From: Octopus sinensis | Lineage: Eukaryota | Direction: 5' to 3' | Assembly: GCF_006345805.1 (NCBI RefSeq) | Contig: NC_043002.1 | Location: forward strand, 56,606,001 to 56,670,000 | DNA length: 64,000 nt | In this document: positions 35,561 through 49,174 of the stretch, one piece after another | Layout: every line of letters begins with the position of its first letter | Numbering within the stretch: the stretch's first letter is position 1 | Program-made: the position numbers and the translations under genes | Notes under the pieces: generated by a model | Seen by the model: only the letters and a program-made list of their open reading frames with translations | What the model was told of the DNA's origin: nothing | The model's database searches: none

Positions 35561-38366
35561 TTGTAGAGGGACCCCATCCCTTGTATATTAGGGAAACTCT
35601 GGTTATGCTGGTAAGAGAAGTGGATTTTTTTCCACCTCCCAAAAAATCAATGTAGAAATGCAAGGCAATGTACAACCTGGAAATCAATCAGAAAATAGGG
35701 TTTCAGTAATTTGGAATTTGACTCCTTATGGCAAAGCTTTTCAGAAATGTAATGTACTTATTCATTCTTTATGTGTTCAAGTAGACGTTAATATGAACGA
35801 CTATGTAAATTGGTATTGTTTTTCATTTTCCGAGAACAGCTTCTACCTTTAGATAATGTGTGTTCATGATATACTTAATGCATTGATATAATTCATCATC
35901 GGCTCAGCATACATCAACATATAACAGCAAATAGTTTATCTGCTGAATCTATAAACAAAAGCCATCACCCTTGTTTAGTTTCATCCAGGGGTAGCTTTCA
36001 CTGAGGAGACACAACCAAGTTGAAACAGCCTGGTGTCTCAAAGTCTTATGTCAGTGAATTGTTTTTATGAATGCACATCGTTTAGAGGGAGAAGTTGCTC
36101 TCTGAAGATGAAAGTACTATACAGCTTTCAACTCATTCCATTCACTTTTGATTCTGCCAGAATGCTTTAACAATGAATACATTACATAAATACATATATA
36201 GACATCATTGTTTTGAAACTCGTTGCTCAGTGTGTGTGTGGTAATTTATTTTTAGGAATGCAATCCTTATGTAATGCTGAGGATTTCTGAACACCAGTAT
36301 ATTGCAAGTGATGATTTACATGTCCTTTGTGGTCATGTTCTTGCAATATATTTCTCCTCTAGATTAATTTCAAAAGAAAAACTGTGTTACTTAGCTCAAT
36401 GATTAAGCTACTTAATTATTGATTAAACCATAAACTCACTTCTGGGCTAGAATTGTTTCCAATATTTTTCATTCACAACTCAAATAAATATGGGGGTAGA
36501 GATGATTCTCAGCATGTTAACATGGGAAAAATAAAGTAATATAGATCATGATTATTCTTCTTTTAATGTTCACCTTTTCCATGCTTCCATGGGTCAGACA
36601 AAATTTGTTGAGGTAGATTTTCAATGATTGGATGCCCTTCCTGTTGCTAACCCTCATCTGTTTTCAAGAAGATATTTCCCTACAGTTGGACATGTTTTTC
36701 ACAGAAGACTGGAAACACATCACACCACTTGTATGGTGGTGATACTCATTTACAACCATAATGTCTAGTCAGGTATATGCTTATATTTGCAGGTTTACTC
36801 AACTAAATTGTGTTGATGTTTCTGGCTGTCTCGAGATAAAGCTGTCATGCAATCTCATATCTATAAATTTGTGGATATTAATAAATTAAAAGAAAGTCAT
36901 TATTGAAAATTGGAAAATGAAATTATTTGTATATAAACTTGATTATAATATACATACATTAAAACTGAAAAGTTGATTTAGAATTAACTTTTATAAAAAA
37001 AACCTGATTTATATACAGAAGATTGATATTGTTAAAAGTCTAAGGATTTCTTCACCTTTGAGATTTATGGCTAAATTTGAAAACAGCTCAATTTAAATGT
37101 TTATTTCATAGTAATTTATTTATCTTTATATTTTCTTCAATTTCATCATTATTGTTTTAATAATCAATAGTCCATATTAGCAGTGACTAATTAGATGTGT
37201 GTGAATATTACCAGCATACTAATTGTTTAACCCTTTAGCATTGAAACTGGCCAAATCCAGCCCAAATATTCTACCTGTTTTCAAACCAGCTATATTTGGC
37301 CTATTATACTTACCCTACAATATCATTGTGAAAGAAACAAGCACATCAAAATCTCTTAGTTACAAGATAATGCGTAATTAATTTTCAATGTGAATAAATA
37401 ATCATTACATTCGACAGGGTAATCTGAAAGGGTTTGATCGTAATGGATGTTGTGTGGCCAGTCACCCTTTCTGATTCCATTGACTGCTTTTCTAAACTGG
37501 TTGCCATTTCCTCATATTTTCAGAGATTGTCATCATGTAAATGTGTGTGGCACAGTGGTTAGGGAGTTTGGGTCATGATCATAGTGTCATGGCTTCAATT
37601 CCTGAACCTAGCAGTGCATTGTGTTCTTGAGCAAGGCACTTTGTAAATGAGTACCAGTAAAGGCACATGGCTTAGTGGTTAGGGTATTTGGCTCCCAATT
37701 TTAAGGTTGCAAGTATGATTTCCAGTGTGTTGTGTCCTTGAGCAAGACACTTTATTTCACGTTGCTCCAGTCCACTCAGCTGGCAAAAATGTGTTGTACC
37801 TTTAATTCCAAAGAGTCCAGCTTTGTCACGTTCTGTGCCATGCTGAGAACTACATTAAGGGTATATGTGTCTGTGGAGTGCTTAGCCACTCGCACATTAG
37901 TTTCATGAGCAGGCTGTTTTCTTAATTGGGTCCACTGGAAAACCTCTTTGTCATAACTGATGGAGTACTAGTAAACGAGCAAGTGCTGATGCAACCACCC
38001 CACTTCATCTGTCACCCTGAATGTACCACTAGATTAAGCCTTTTGTTATCATATTTTTGTTGAGATGTTCTGTGTTTCTTTCAATTAATTTTAAATATAA
38101 CAAAGAATTTAGTAAAATAACTTATTAAGCTGGTGTTAGGAACGTAAATTGTGACTAAGGTTTGGTGGTACACTTTCATAACTTTTGAAAACAAGACATT
38201 TGTTATACAGAGCCAGAAGCAGTTTCAACTGGGTTGATATTAAAAGTTTAGGAGAGTTGGGTGTGTGGCTATGATACCCCTGACTAAACAGCACTTAAAA
38301 CAATTAGTGAAAGCTTGGTATATGTTACTTAATCATACTTGTTCATGGGTGACAGCTGACTCTTAA

Positions 38367-39409
38367 CTCTTTCGTTACCAAACTGCCCAAAGCCGCCCGA
38401 AAAAAATTTTGGTTAATGTGACCAAACCCGCCCGTATTTACCTATTCATATTTAAATGAGAATATCAGAGCAAATCTCTTTAGTACATTCGTGAAAACAT
38501 GTGATTACACTTCGTAAACAGTTTTGTACAACGATCGACGTGTAATTTTAATTCCCTGAATTTTGGGAGATTTTTTTCCACATTTTTTTCGGCATCGAAT
38601 TTTCTTCAACTTTGAAAATGGATAGGAGTTTCATGTTATCAAGCATTGATTCCGAATTGGAAAATTTGTGAAGCAAATACTGGGAACTGTTGTGGATTTA
38701 GTTTTTATACAGGGAAACTAATGTTAGTCAGCATGGCTTAGGGTACGATGTGGTCTGGAAGTTATTGTTTGAAGCGATCAATGCGGAAACAAACACAAAA
38801 TGGGGGTTCAAATTTCGTAAAATTTGTGAAACAAATACGGGGTACTGCGTGGATTTAGTTTTTATACAGGGGAAATAATGTTAGTCAGCATGGCCTAGGG
38901 GACGATGTGGTCTGGAATTTATCACTTCCATACCATAACCAGGGCCGTATATTATTTTTTGACTGATTTCTTTAGTTTGGTCAAACTTGCGGTGGATTCC
39001 AGTATTTCACTTTATTCCACCTTTATGGTACACCTGTTGTGCATTAAATTCAACTGATGATATAGTGATGTGCACAATTCTTCTTTATCAAAATTTTGTT
39101 GCATACCCATTTGAATATTAGCTGATGATTCATTTTCTATGGTGATGTTTAAACAAAATTTTAATATTTTTACCTTTTGCTCAATTTACCTGGATTTACC
39201 TGTAATTAAAGTCACTTTGAGACAAAAGTTATGCGATAGAATTGATTAAGAACCCTTTCTTTAATTATGTTCCAAATATCACATTAATATGTTGGTAAGT
39301 AAAAAAGTTACAGTTATTTAATGAAACAAGCCTAGATTCATGATTATTTTAGAATTTAATTGAAATTCATGAGGGGTGTATTTTGGTCAGAAATATAGTA
39401 ACGAAAGGG
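38367..39409 (+). mobile_element. Non-autonomous piggyBac with a transposase remnant
   Basis: TTAA|CTCTTTCGTTAC ... GTAACGAAAGGG|TTAA. Internal TKWGFKFRKICETNTGYC...HGLGDDVVWNL..PYHNQGRILFFD is the piggyBac DDD core. Confidence 0.88.
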
Positions 39410-39926
39410 TTAAAGACGAATTATTTTTCATGTTGTTTGAACATTTAGATGTGATTTTTTTTTCGTTGTGGGCTAGAATAAAAAACAAAAAAAAACAAAC
39501 TAAGATAGCCGACTAGGATGTCTTATGACTGTACAGAGTTGCTGTTGACTCCTGAGATCATTCAAAATTTGTAGAAATGTTGATGAAATCTTAATTGAGT
39601 TTTAACGATGATTAATTTCTCTGTAGGGAGTGATTAAGGTTTGATTGATATTCTTTGTCAAGCTACAGCTGATTATGTTTGGAAAGATGTTCAAGATCTA
39701 AATTTTCTGTCATAGTGAAAGAGGTAAAAGCATAATTCATGGATTGAAGATGAAAGACTCTCTAATGGACAATTTGTGGTAATGATGAGTATTGCTATCA
39801 TCATCATCATATATCCCTTTTTCCATGCTGGTATGGGTGGGATGGTTTGATGGAAACAGATAAGCCAGAGGACTGTGCCAAGTTCTAATATCTTCTTTGA
39901 CATGGTTTCTACAGCTGCTACTTTTC

Positions 39927-40305
39927 TGTTATAATGTGGTGTTATCCACAGTTAAAATGTGTGACCACTGTTCTGACTGTAGCTGTTGTATTTACTCTAG
40001 TAGCCATGATACTTTCTTGGTATCGGATACAGTGTATCTCTTCTCTACAGGAATGGCAATACACTGCTTTGTCTATTGTGCTATTGCTGATAGCTCTGCA
40101 AGACACAGAATTTGAACCGTTTACCTTTACTGTGGCTTGAACTTGACTATAACACGTAACTGACACTTAGCTCCAACTGAGAACTCGTATGACTCTACAA
40201 CCGACTGACACATGACTCCCTGTACTAGTTTATGTCATCTCACTTTATAGTGGTTGGATCATACCACTTGTCCCATAGGAGGGGTGTACCATTCCCACTA
40301 CAACA
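39927..40305 (-). mobile_element. Solo LTR inserted in a SINE tail
   Basis: TGTTATA...TACAACA termini and a 6-bp TSD CTTTTC/CCTTTC. The minus strand shows TATAAA and then AGTAAA. The element splits the CTACAGCTGGATGCCCTTCCTAATGCC motif of the host repeat. Confidence 0.7.
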
Positions 40306-43300
40306 CCTTTCTAATGCCAACCACTTCACATAGTGTAGTGGGTGCTTTTTCTGTGGCACCAGCACTGGTGGTGTCACTAAATACCCATAGGACAACACCT
40401 TTCAACTTGGCCAAATATTAGTCTTGATGCCAAGTTCATATGGGTGTTAGAGGGATGTTTGTGAATCCAAGAATGTCATGGTTTAATATTTCTCAAGTTA
40501 TGTTTTTCCCAGTTTGCATTGCTGAATAGAAAATTAAATGTGATTGATATATTACTTAATTATCTCACTTCTTTTTCAATAAAAATTACTCTGTAGTATG
40601 AACATGTGAGATGTCACTTGGGCTTGGTCTTCCAAAGAGCAAGAGAATTCATGAGGCTTTACTGTTTATTATTTGTGAGGTTGTTGTTTGTCAGGTATTT
40701 TCTTATTCTGATATCAATTCTTTTTTGTTTAGTCATAATTTTCAATATCAGGATAAGAAAGACTGATTCTTATGAGACTGACAACTCTAATATGATATAG
40801 GAGCAAAAAAAACAAAAAAAAACTGAAAGAAGAAAAAAGTTAAAAATATGACGATATTGAATACAAAATAAGGTTCTGCCAAGAATTCAGGAGACCAGTA
40901 AAGGAAAGCTGGACTATGCAAAAGGACTGGCTTCTTTGCATACAAAATAGAGCCATTATTTAGAGGAAGTGGATCATTTCTTGGAGTCCCTCACCAACTG
41001 AGTAAATAACTCAACATATGACCCATTAATATTTTCAACTGGAACCCTTAGAGTGAGTGAGCACTGTAGGTGTGGCTGTGTGGGTAAGAAGCTTGATTTC
41101 CAACCATGTGATCTTGGATTCAGTCCTGTTGTGCAACATCTTAGACAAGTGTCTTCTTCTATAGCCCTGGACCAACCAAAGCCTTGTGATGAGTGAGTTT
41201 GATACACCTGCATATGTCCATGTTCTTCAAATACACTCCATTTCCTTTACCTTATTTTTGTTCAAATTGAGTAATTTATGTAGCTTTAAATGTGAGGTAG
41301 AAAATAATAAAAAATAATATACCATTATTACCAAGTTACATTGAGAAATTTCATAGCAATTATTGTAAATAACTTTTGTAAATTTACTTGGCAGAATTGG
41401 CTTCACCTTTTTATTAGTCAATAAAACAGCTGGCAGGGAGCTTTCAATAATTAGACTTCTATGTTCTTATGTATCCCGTCAGGTGTTTGATTCATTATAT
41501 CCTTGTCATGGTCCAATTCAATGAAATGACACCTGTGTGATTACAGGTTGAACACGTATTTCATTTGTCATCTTACACAGAATAAATTATTATTATCATT
41601 CATTATACATTTTTATTCAACATTTGGTTGGTTCAGGAAAAATTTCTACTGCATTACTTGCTACATTCCATGTTACTTGGGTGCGTGCAGCATTGTGGTG
41701 GTGTTGTTATGAATTAAGCATGCCAAGCAAAATGCTTAGTGGTATTTCATCCATTTTCTTGTTCTGAGTTCAAATTCTGCTGAGGTTGACATTGCCTTTT
41801 ATCCCTTTGGGGTCGATAAAATAAGTACCAGTTGAAAACTGGGGGTTGATGTAATCGACTTATCTCCTCCCTCAAAATTACTGGCCTTGTGCCAAAATTT
41901 TAAATCATTATTATGAATATATTTGTGTGTGTGTATGCGTGCTTGCCTTCATTAGTTTCTTTTTTATGTCCATTTTGCCACGTCAGCATTGGTTAGACAA
42001 GTATATTATTGAGGCATTGTTTTAACAGTTCTATGACCTTCCTACTACTAACACTTAGCTAGTTTTCAAGTAAAAGACCTCTTATTTACACATCATTGAA
42101 GGTATTGAGCCAGTGGATGATTTGTCAACAGAAGTGATGACTACTGAGTCATCACAAGCAACATTCAGAGAACATCTAAACTCACATGCACACAGAGGGC
42201 TTATTTCAGTTTCTCTCACAGGGCTTCAGTTTGCCTAGGGTTATAATAGAAGACACTTTCCCCAAGGTGCCACACAGTGGAACTGAACCCAGAATCATGT
42301 GGTTGGGAAGCAAACTTCTTAACCATACAATCATGATTGTTCTTTGTGTATATAAATTTGATATTCGGTTATAAGTCTTGTAGAGTTCCCTGCCACTTTA
42401 TGAGAAGCAATATAGATTTGTATTGGAAACAGAGTGGTGGAGTTCCTTTCGAATGTTGGGCCCCACAGAGGCAATGACCAAGATCTTTGGCATTATGTTG
42501 TGCTTGAGAAGAAGACCCATTAAGCCAAACAAAATTGCATCATGGCAGATACCAGTGTCACGCAAATTGGCATGTAAATGCACCCTGGTGTTATGCAAAT
42601 GGCACTTGTGCCGGTGGCATCTAAAAGCACCCATTACACTCTTAGGGTGGTTGGCATTAGGACGGGCATCCAGCTGTAAAAAAACTATTCCAAATCAGAC
42701 TGGAGTTTGGTGCAGCCTGCCAGCGTGCCAGCCTAGTCAAACTGTCCAACCCATGCCAGCATGGACAATGGATGTTAAATTATGATGATGATATATGTAT
42801 CATTTTAAAATACAGATTATTTTTTCAATACAACTCTTTGAAAGACCTTTTATTTGTTATCATTATTTCCTGTCATTTATATTTAATATCATTGATTCTG
42901 CTGAGATTTTTTTTGTGATGATTTTGTTAATTTAGATTATTCAGCAAATGTGTATTTCATCTCTTCTCTTCTTCCTCATTCCTCTTCTAGAATATAAGTA
43001 GCAATGTGGCTCCTCTATAGCAAGAAACCTGTTCTGATCTAGGCCCTTGTCTCATACTTTTGACCCCTCATCTCTTAGCATAAAGTTGCCTCTCTTGAGG
43101 TTTGTAGTCCTGCAAGCTGCATGGCAACTTCATTAGTACTAGTGGCACTCAAAATAATAATAATAAAAAAAGGCAGTACACACTGTAAAAGTGATTGATG
43201 TTAGGATGGTCATGTAGCCATAGTAACCATGCCAAAATAACACTGGAGCACGATGCAGTCCTTGTACCCATCAGATCCTGTCACACCATTCAATGAATTC

Positions 43301-45599
43301 CGATATGGGACATTGATATTAAATGATGATGATATCTATAACATTTGTCTCCATATTTTGGGAGACGTATTGACAGGAAAATATGGTAAATCATAATAAC
43401 TTGCTCCTATTTAGTAATGATTTTTCTGTCAATCATGACTAAAACCATGACAAAATTCTATCTTCTTGAAATCCTACAATGTGCTCACGGCTGGTATTGT
43501 ACACTTTCATCAATGACTGTCTTTTATTAGGTCCTATCTCTGTTGCCATTGTTGTCACCTTTACATTATTATCTCTCAGCATTGCATGGGTTGGGCAAGC
43601 CTTGTTAGGAGAGAATTCTGCAGCTGGATGCCCTTCTCATTGATCCAAGAAAACATTCAGAAAGTGACAACTGAAGAGAGAGAGGGCTACACCAGTATTT
43701 AGTTGGAATTTATTTCCAACCGAGCAGACTAATGTGAAGTAAAGTGAAGTAGCTTGCTTAAAGACACAATGCAATACCTGCTTCAGGAATTAAATTTACA
43801 ACATTAAGATTGCGAGTTCAACGTCCTACTTTTGAGCCATGTGTCTTCCTAGAATATTTTGAATCTTTTTATATTATTAGTAGTTAGAGGGGAAAATGTG
43901 AACATAGAGAAATTTGGGGAGGAAGCATGTGTGAAAGAGTATTGGGCAGAATAGTTAAGACTGAATCTGAGCACATGTGAGAGATGATGATAGTATAAAA
44001 AGGTGGCTGAGCAAGTTGAAAAGAGCAGAAAATTCTGTAAAATTGTCAAATCTAAAGAATGTTCTATCATATGTTGATGTATAAGCAAGAACAGTACAAA
44101 TCTCATTATCATTTAACATTGAATTTTTCCTCCTTTGGCCAAAGACCAATATATTCAGTATTGTATGAATGGAGTGAGTCAGCTTCAGGGTAATGATATT
44201 TTGAAGTGGAACTAAGTGTACCAATATTGGAATCATGTGATATTAATAGGCAAGCTAGAAGAGCAAGCTAGATGTCAGATTCTTACACAAATTGTTGTTT
44301 CTCAAAAAATAAACCAAAAAAATGTGTGTGGGTGGATGGGGGAGGCAACATGTATTTTGTAAAAGAATGTGTTTGGTGGTTGATATGACTTGTAATGCAT
44401 GTTATTGGAATTTTGCTATTTCAATACAAATATTACATAGTGAACATGTTGCAGATTTGTCCAATTCAGGAGTTGGCCAACTTTTTGTGTCATTCATGTA
44501 TTCTTGAACTCAATTCATCCTCATCATGTAAATTTCTTCATCAAAATTAAAGAATATAATTAATAAAAAAAAACTTCTTGATTTAAAAACAATAATTCCT
44601 TCAGTTTTTGGGCCAGAAAAGCTTTTTAATAAGAAATATTTTAAAGAAATTTAATTGAAATACTTAATAAAGTTGAAGATAATAAAAATTCAGTGATATT
44701 ATTATATTGATATAGTCAGAATATTTAAAGTGAAATATGTATTTGATGAATACTCGTTATCGCATCAGTATCTGGCTGGAAATTAATGAGTTTTACCCTT
44801 AAATTACCTATGCTCCTTTAGATTCGGTTAGAATACTCAAAATTGTTTATCAGCCACTTGGAGAACCACATAGACTGCTGCCAGGGATTGATATTGATCA
44901 TTTTGATTACGCCTTGGTATTACACATATCATTTTAATGCGAAAGAGAAGGGCAGTGCATGTAGCTTTTATAGGCACATACTGATTGGTGGGGTCAATAC
45001 AATTGATGTTTCACTCGAATCCTTTTAGTTGATACCTGTAAGGGAAATGCGGGCTGGTAGGGGATTCCAGGTAGTTTCCCTTTTAGGGAGAATTACAAGT
45101 GTTTAGTCTTGATCTTTTCAGATGATGTAAACTAAGGAGCAAGTGGAGAGTGGGTAGGATTTGTAGGTGATAGCAAACAACTTGGTAGCTCAGAGGAACA
45201 AGGATCCGTTGAAGGAGCACATTCATGATCTAACGGTTATAGTGTGTTGGTGAGTTTTGTCATCATTCAATATCCTTCTTTCATGCTGACATGGGTTGGA
45301 TGGTTTGACAAGAATTGATGAGCCACAGTGAAGTGTCGTGCTTCAGTGTCTGCTTTGTCATACTCTTCCTAACATCAACCTCTCTACAGAGTGTACCAGG
45401 TGCTTTTTGTTTCATGGCACTAGCACTAAGTAACTAAGAAGACAGAGCTGGGATGCAATATTGTGGGAGATGGCTTTGAGCAAGGTCATGAGAGGCAAAT
45501 GTGTGAAAGTAGGACAGAAACAGGTGTCTAGCCATGGTGGAGATACATGACTACTCCAGCTGGAAAGAGAAGTCTGTTAATTAATTTGACAATTAATTT

Positions 45600-45888
45600 G
45601 GATGGATGTGTCCTCATTTTGTTACCACAATGTTTTGGCTGATTTACTCTTCATCCTGATGGAATTTTGAACCCAACCCTGGGTTCTCATTCCTAAGGTT
45701 GTTTTTTTTATATTTATTCAAGGCACTGCCTGGAATTGAACTCGGAATCTTGGGGTTAGTAGACCATGCTCTTAGCCACTACAGTATATTGCCATTGGCA
45801 ATTATAGAGTGAATTTTAGGGTTTATAAACCTAATATTTTTGTATCCTTCCTTAATACCAGTTCCCATATTCTGCTCATATCTGCACA
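45600..45888 (-). mobile_element. Penelope-type terminal-repeat element with an internal tRNA-like module (older copy)
   Basis: Collinear with 55820-56170 and shares its TCTGCAC boundary. The tRNA-like segment has loop CTACTAA and B-box GAGTTCAATTCC. Confidence 0.6.
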
Positions 45889-45964
45889 ATATATTTATTT
45901 TATATTCTCAAAAATGTGTGTAAAAGCTGCTTTACCTCAGACCTTATGAGTAATATTTACAAGT

Positions 45965-46385
45965 GAGCTGCACATGTCTTGTAGAGGGACAGCAACTGTG
46001 CACTGTTGAAAATATTTTTTCACTCTCAAGAGGAAGCCTGGTCTTTAGGATACTGTTATTGATGAGATGGTCAGTAAATGTCATTGGGAAAGGCCTGATC
46101 TGGTTGTTTGGACCTTACTCATTGTGTAGAGTTGGTTGGCAATGGTATCATGAGAACATCCCATCTGCAGGGCCAATTCCCTAGTGTATTGATGTGAATC
46201 TTTGTGGATATCCTCATTAAACTGAACAGGTCAGCTAGAATGTAGAGAGTCTGTGAGATTGAATTTCTCTTCCTTGAAGCATGATAACCATTTGTATGTA
46301 GCTCATTTGGTATTAGTGCCTCCTCTATACATTGCAGAAATGTCTTGAGTAGCTTTGACAGCTTGATTGAAAGTGAAGGTGTTGA
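45965..46385 (-). mobile_element. mariner transposase N-terminal (HTH) relic
   Basis: TFNQAVKATQDISAMY...KWLSCFKEEKFNLTD...PVQFNED...QYTRELALQMGCSHDTIANQLYTMSKVQ. Confidence 0.75.
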
Positions 46386-49174
46386 AAAGGCTCTCCCCTT
46401 TTTTTTTTTCTATTTAACACTCCATTGTTATATATATGAAAAGAGGTAGAATTTACTCAAATTTCAAAAAACAATAAACAAAAGTTGTAGAGGGAGAAGA
46501 GAGTTATAAAGAACCATAAAACCCTACAATAATATTTTTCATGTCAATTCCAAAAAAAACACAAAAGAAGTGTATTGAAAAGAAATGAACAATTTAATCT
46601 GACAACCCAATCTAAGGTTGTATAATATACATAAAATTTAATCCTCCCTGAATTTAAGTGCTGCCTGTTTATTTATCTTTTTAAATATATTAAATAACCT
46701 GACTGTAAAATTGTAAACAAAATTATTTACGGGGAAAAAAAAATTAATAAATCTTTGATAGGTTTTTTTTTTGTTGATGATTGAAGCATGTTGCTTGCTG
46801 TGCCATTTACAATTCAACATACTTAACACGGAATATAATTTCAATTTTATTCACTCATTCTGTTGTAAAACTGACAAATGACTATATTCTTATGCTAATG
46901 TTTAGTATTTCATAGCAGTCTCTTCAGCAGTCTAATGATATTATTATTGATATTTATTGTAACTTTCTGCTAGGACACTGTTCCCAACAGGATTTCACTT
47001 GATGAAGTCTGTTATATTGATTACCACTATCATTCTGCTGTGGCTTTCTTTTGTTTCTTTATAATTTTATACAATTGAAAATAATGATTTCTCTACACAG
47101 ACTGATTTGTCTTCAGCAGTCTTGACCTGGAGAATTGTGATGTTGATGCCTTTCCCACGGATATTGGCAACAGACAACTCTAGCTAGCAATGAAAATCCA
47201 GCTGTAAGCTTAGCTCACAGATAACTGTGTGGCACCCACGATTGAACCTTCACTTTAAAAGGCTAAGCTGGAGCTTAGCCTTTACTATGATGGCTAATGC
47301 AAACTAAAGCTCAAAACACCTGAATATTTTGAAAAAACAAAATTTTTATTCTTCCAGAATAAAATTAAAGCCAAATAGATTTACCAAAGTTTGAATTAAT
47401 GCCAGTTTGATGCGAGAAACCAAGGATGTTTAAACACATGCACAATACAAAAATTGGCTGGGTATGGTGCAGATTTAGCTGTGTAGTTAAAAAATTTGCA
47501 TTCCAACCCCATGGTTTCAGATTCAGTCCCACAGCATGGCACCTTGGGCAAATAAATTTGGTAGATGCAAACTGAAAGAATCCCCCCTCTCTGTATACAT
47601 ACAGGGTAAGTCAAAAGCAGCACCCACTTGCTATTTTAAGGTTGATATGTATGACTTTCCAATTGGGGGATACGTTTTGACTTTTAAATCTTGTTTTGCA
47701 GGTTGAGATATCAAAGAGTATATACAACATAATCCAAATTTAGTACCTTTCAAAACTGTCAGTAATAACTTTCAAAACAACAAAGAAAGATAGGACTTTC
47801 CAGAAACTGGGCACTACTTTTAATTCACTATATAATGTGTGTGTGTGTGTGTGTGTCCTTGCCTTGACATTGCATAATAATTGTGCCACCACCATACAAG
47901 CAATGTCATTCAGTTCCAGTCTTCAGATGAAAAAAAAAGTATTTAGCTTTAGGGAAATATTACCATACTTATGAAAGATGAAGGTTGGCAGCAAAGAGAT
48001 CTGGCAGCAAATCTACCTCAACAAATTTCATCTGGCCCATGCAAAGATGGAATTGATGCTGATGGTTGGGTAATATTTGGAAAAGATTACTTCACATAGC
48101 CTTAGGTTGGAGACCAACTTCATGGTATACTGCACAATTTAACCAACAAGAAAATATTTGGATATCACAAACATGATGGTAGAGTGGACTAGTAGGGCAA
48201 GGAAGACATTTTTCTTGTTGAAGCTCTCTGCCTACCTCCTTTGATTTCAGATTTCCAATAGAGCTATTGTTCATGAATGCTTACTGCATAAAAAATATCT
48301 GATTCCATTGAAGTGAATTTCTGATGAATGCTTTGGTGCCCCATTACTATTATCTTTATCTCCTTTTTAACTACTCTCCTTTATATGATGTAGAGTAGCA
48401 AGGTGTTTATGCTTGTCTCTCTCTATCATACTTCAACCTTTTAACATTTGGCATAAAGCCACTTCCTTCTCTTGAACACTTCACTCATTCAGTAGTGGTG
48501 GCTTTTTTCTGTCTTACAAATTACTTGGCAACATCATTGGTGCCAATAGCACAACAAAAAGCACCCAGTACACATTGTAAAGTGGTTGGTATTAGGAAGG
48601 GCATCCAGCCATAGAAATCAGTGTCAAAGCTGACACTGGAGCTTAGCACAACTCCGTAGCTCACTGGATCTTGTCAAACCATCCAACCCTTGCCAACATG
48701 GAACTTGAACATTTAAATGATAATGTTGAAATGAATACCATTTAAATTGTATCATCGTCATTCTGTAGTGGAGCAGTTATGCTGATGGCAGTAGACTCTA
48801 GACAACAGCCTTTTATCTACAAGAATGTGGATGCTCGACTGAGAAAATGGTTTCATCTCTTATCTTTTATTCGTTTTAGTCATCAGACTGGCCATGTTGG
48901 GGCACTGCTTTGAAGAATTCTTTTAGTTGAATGCATTGAATTCAGTAATTATTGTTTTTAAAGTCTGGTACTTATTGTATTGGTCTCTCTTGCTGAACAT
49001 CTAAGTCACAGGGGTGTAAACAAGCATTGGTTATCAAGTGGTGATTGGACACTCTCTCTCTCTCAGCTACTTTTATATATTTAATCTCAAAGGTATTAAT
49101 TGCACATTTTTATGTTCTGGGAACATTGATACCAAAAATAGATCATGTTATCTGTGGTTGTAATAAATATTCAT

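Noticed and set aside
36256-36402. 48-codon phase-0 open frame ECNPYVMLRISE... (C2-like PYV motif)
   Set aside because: There is no convincing donor, the similarity is too short, and it overlaps the hairpin reported as a finding.
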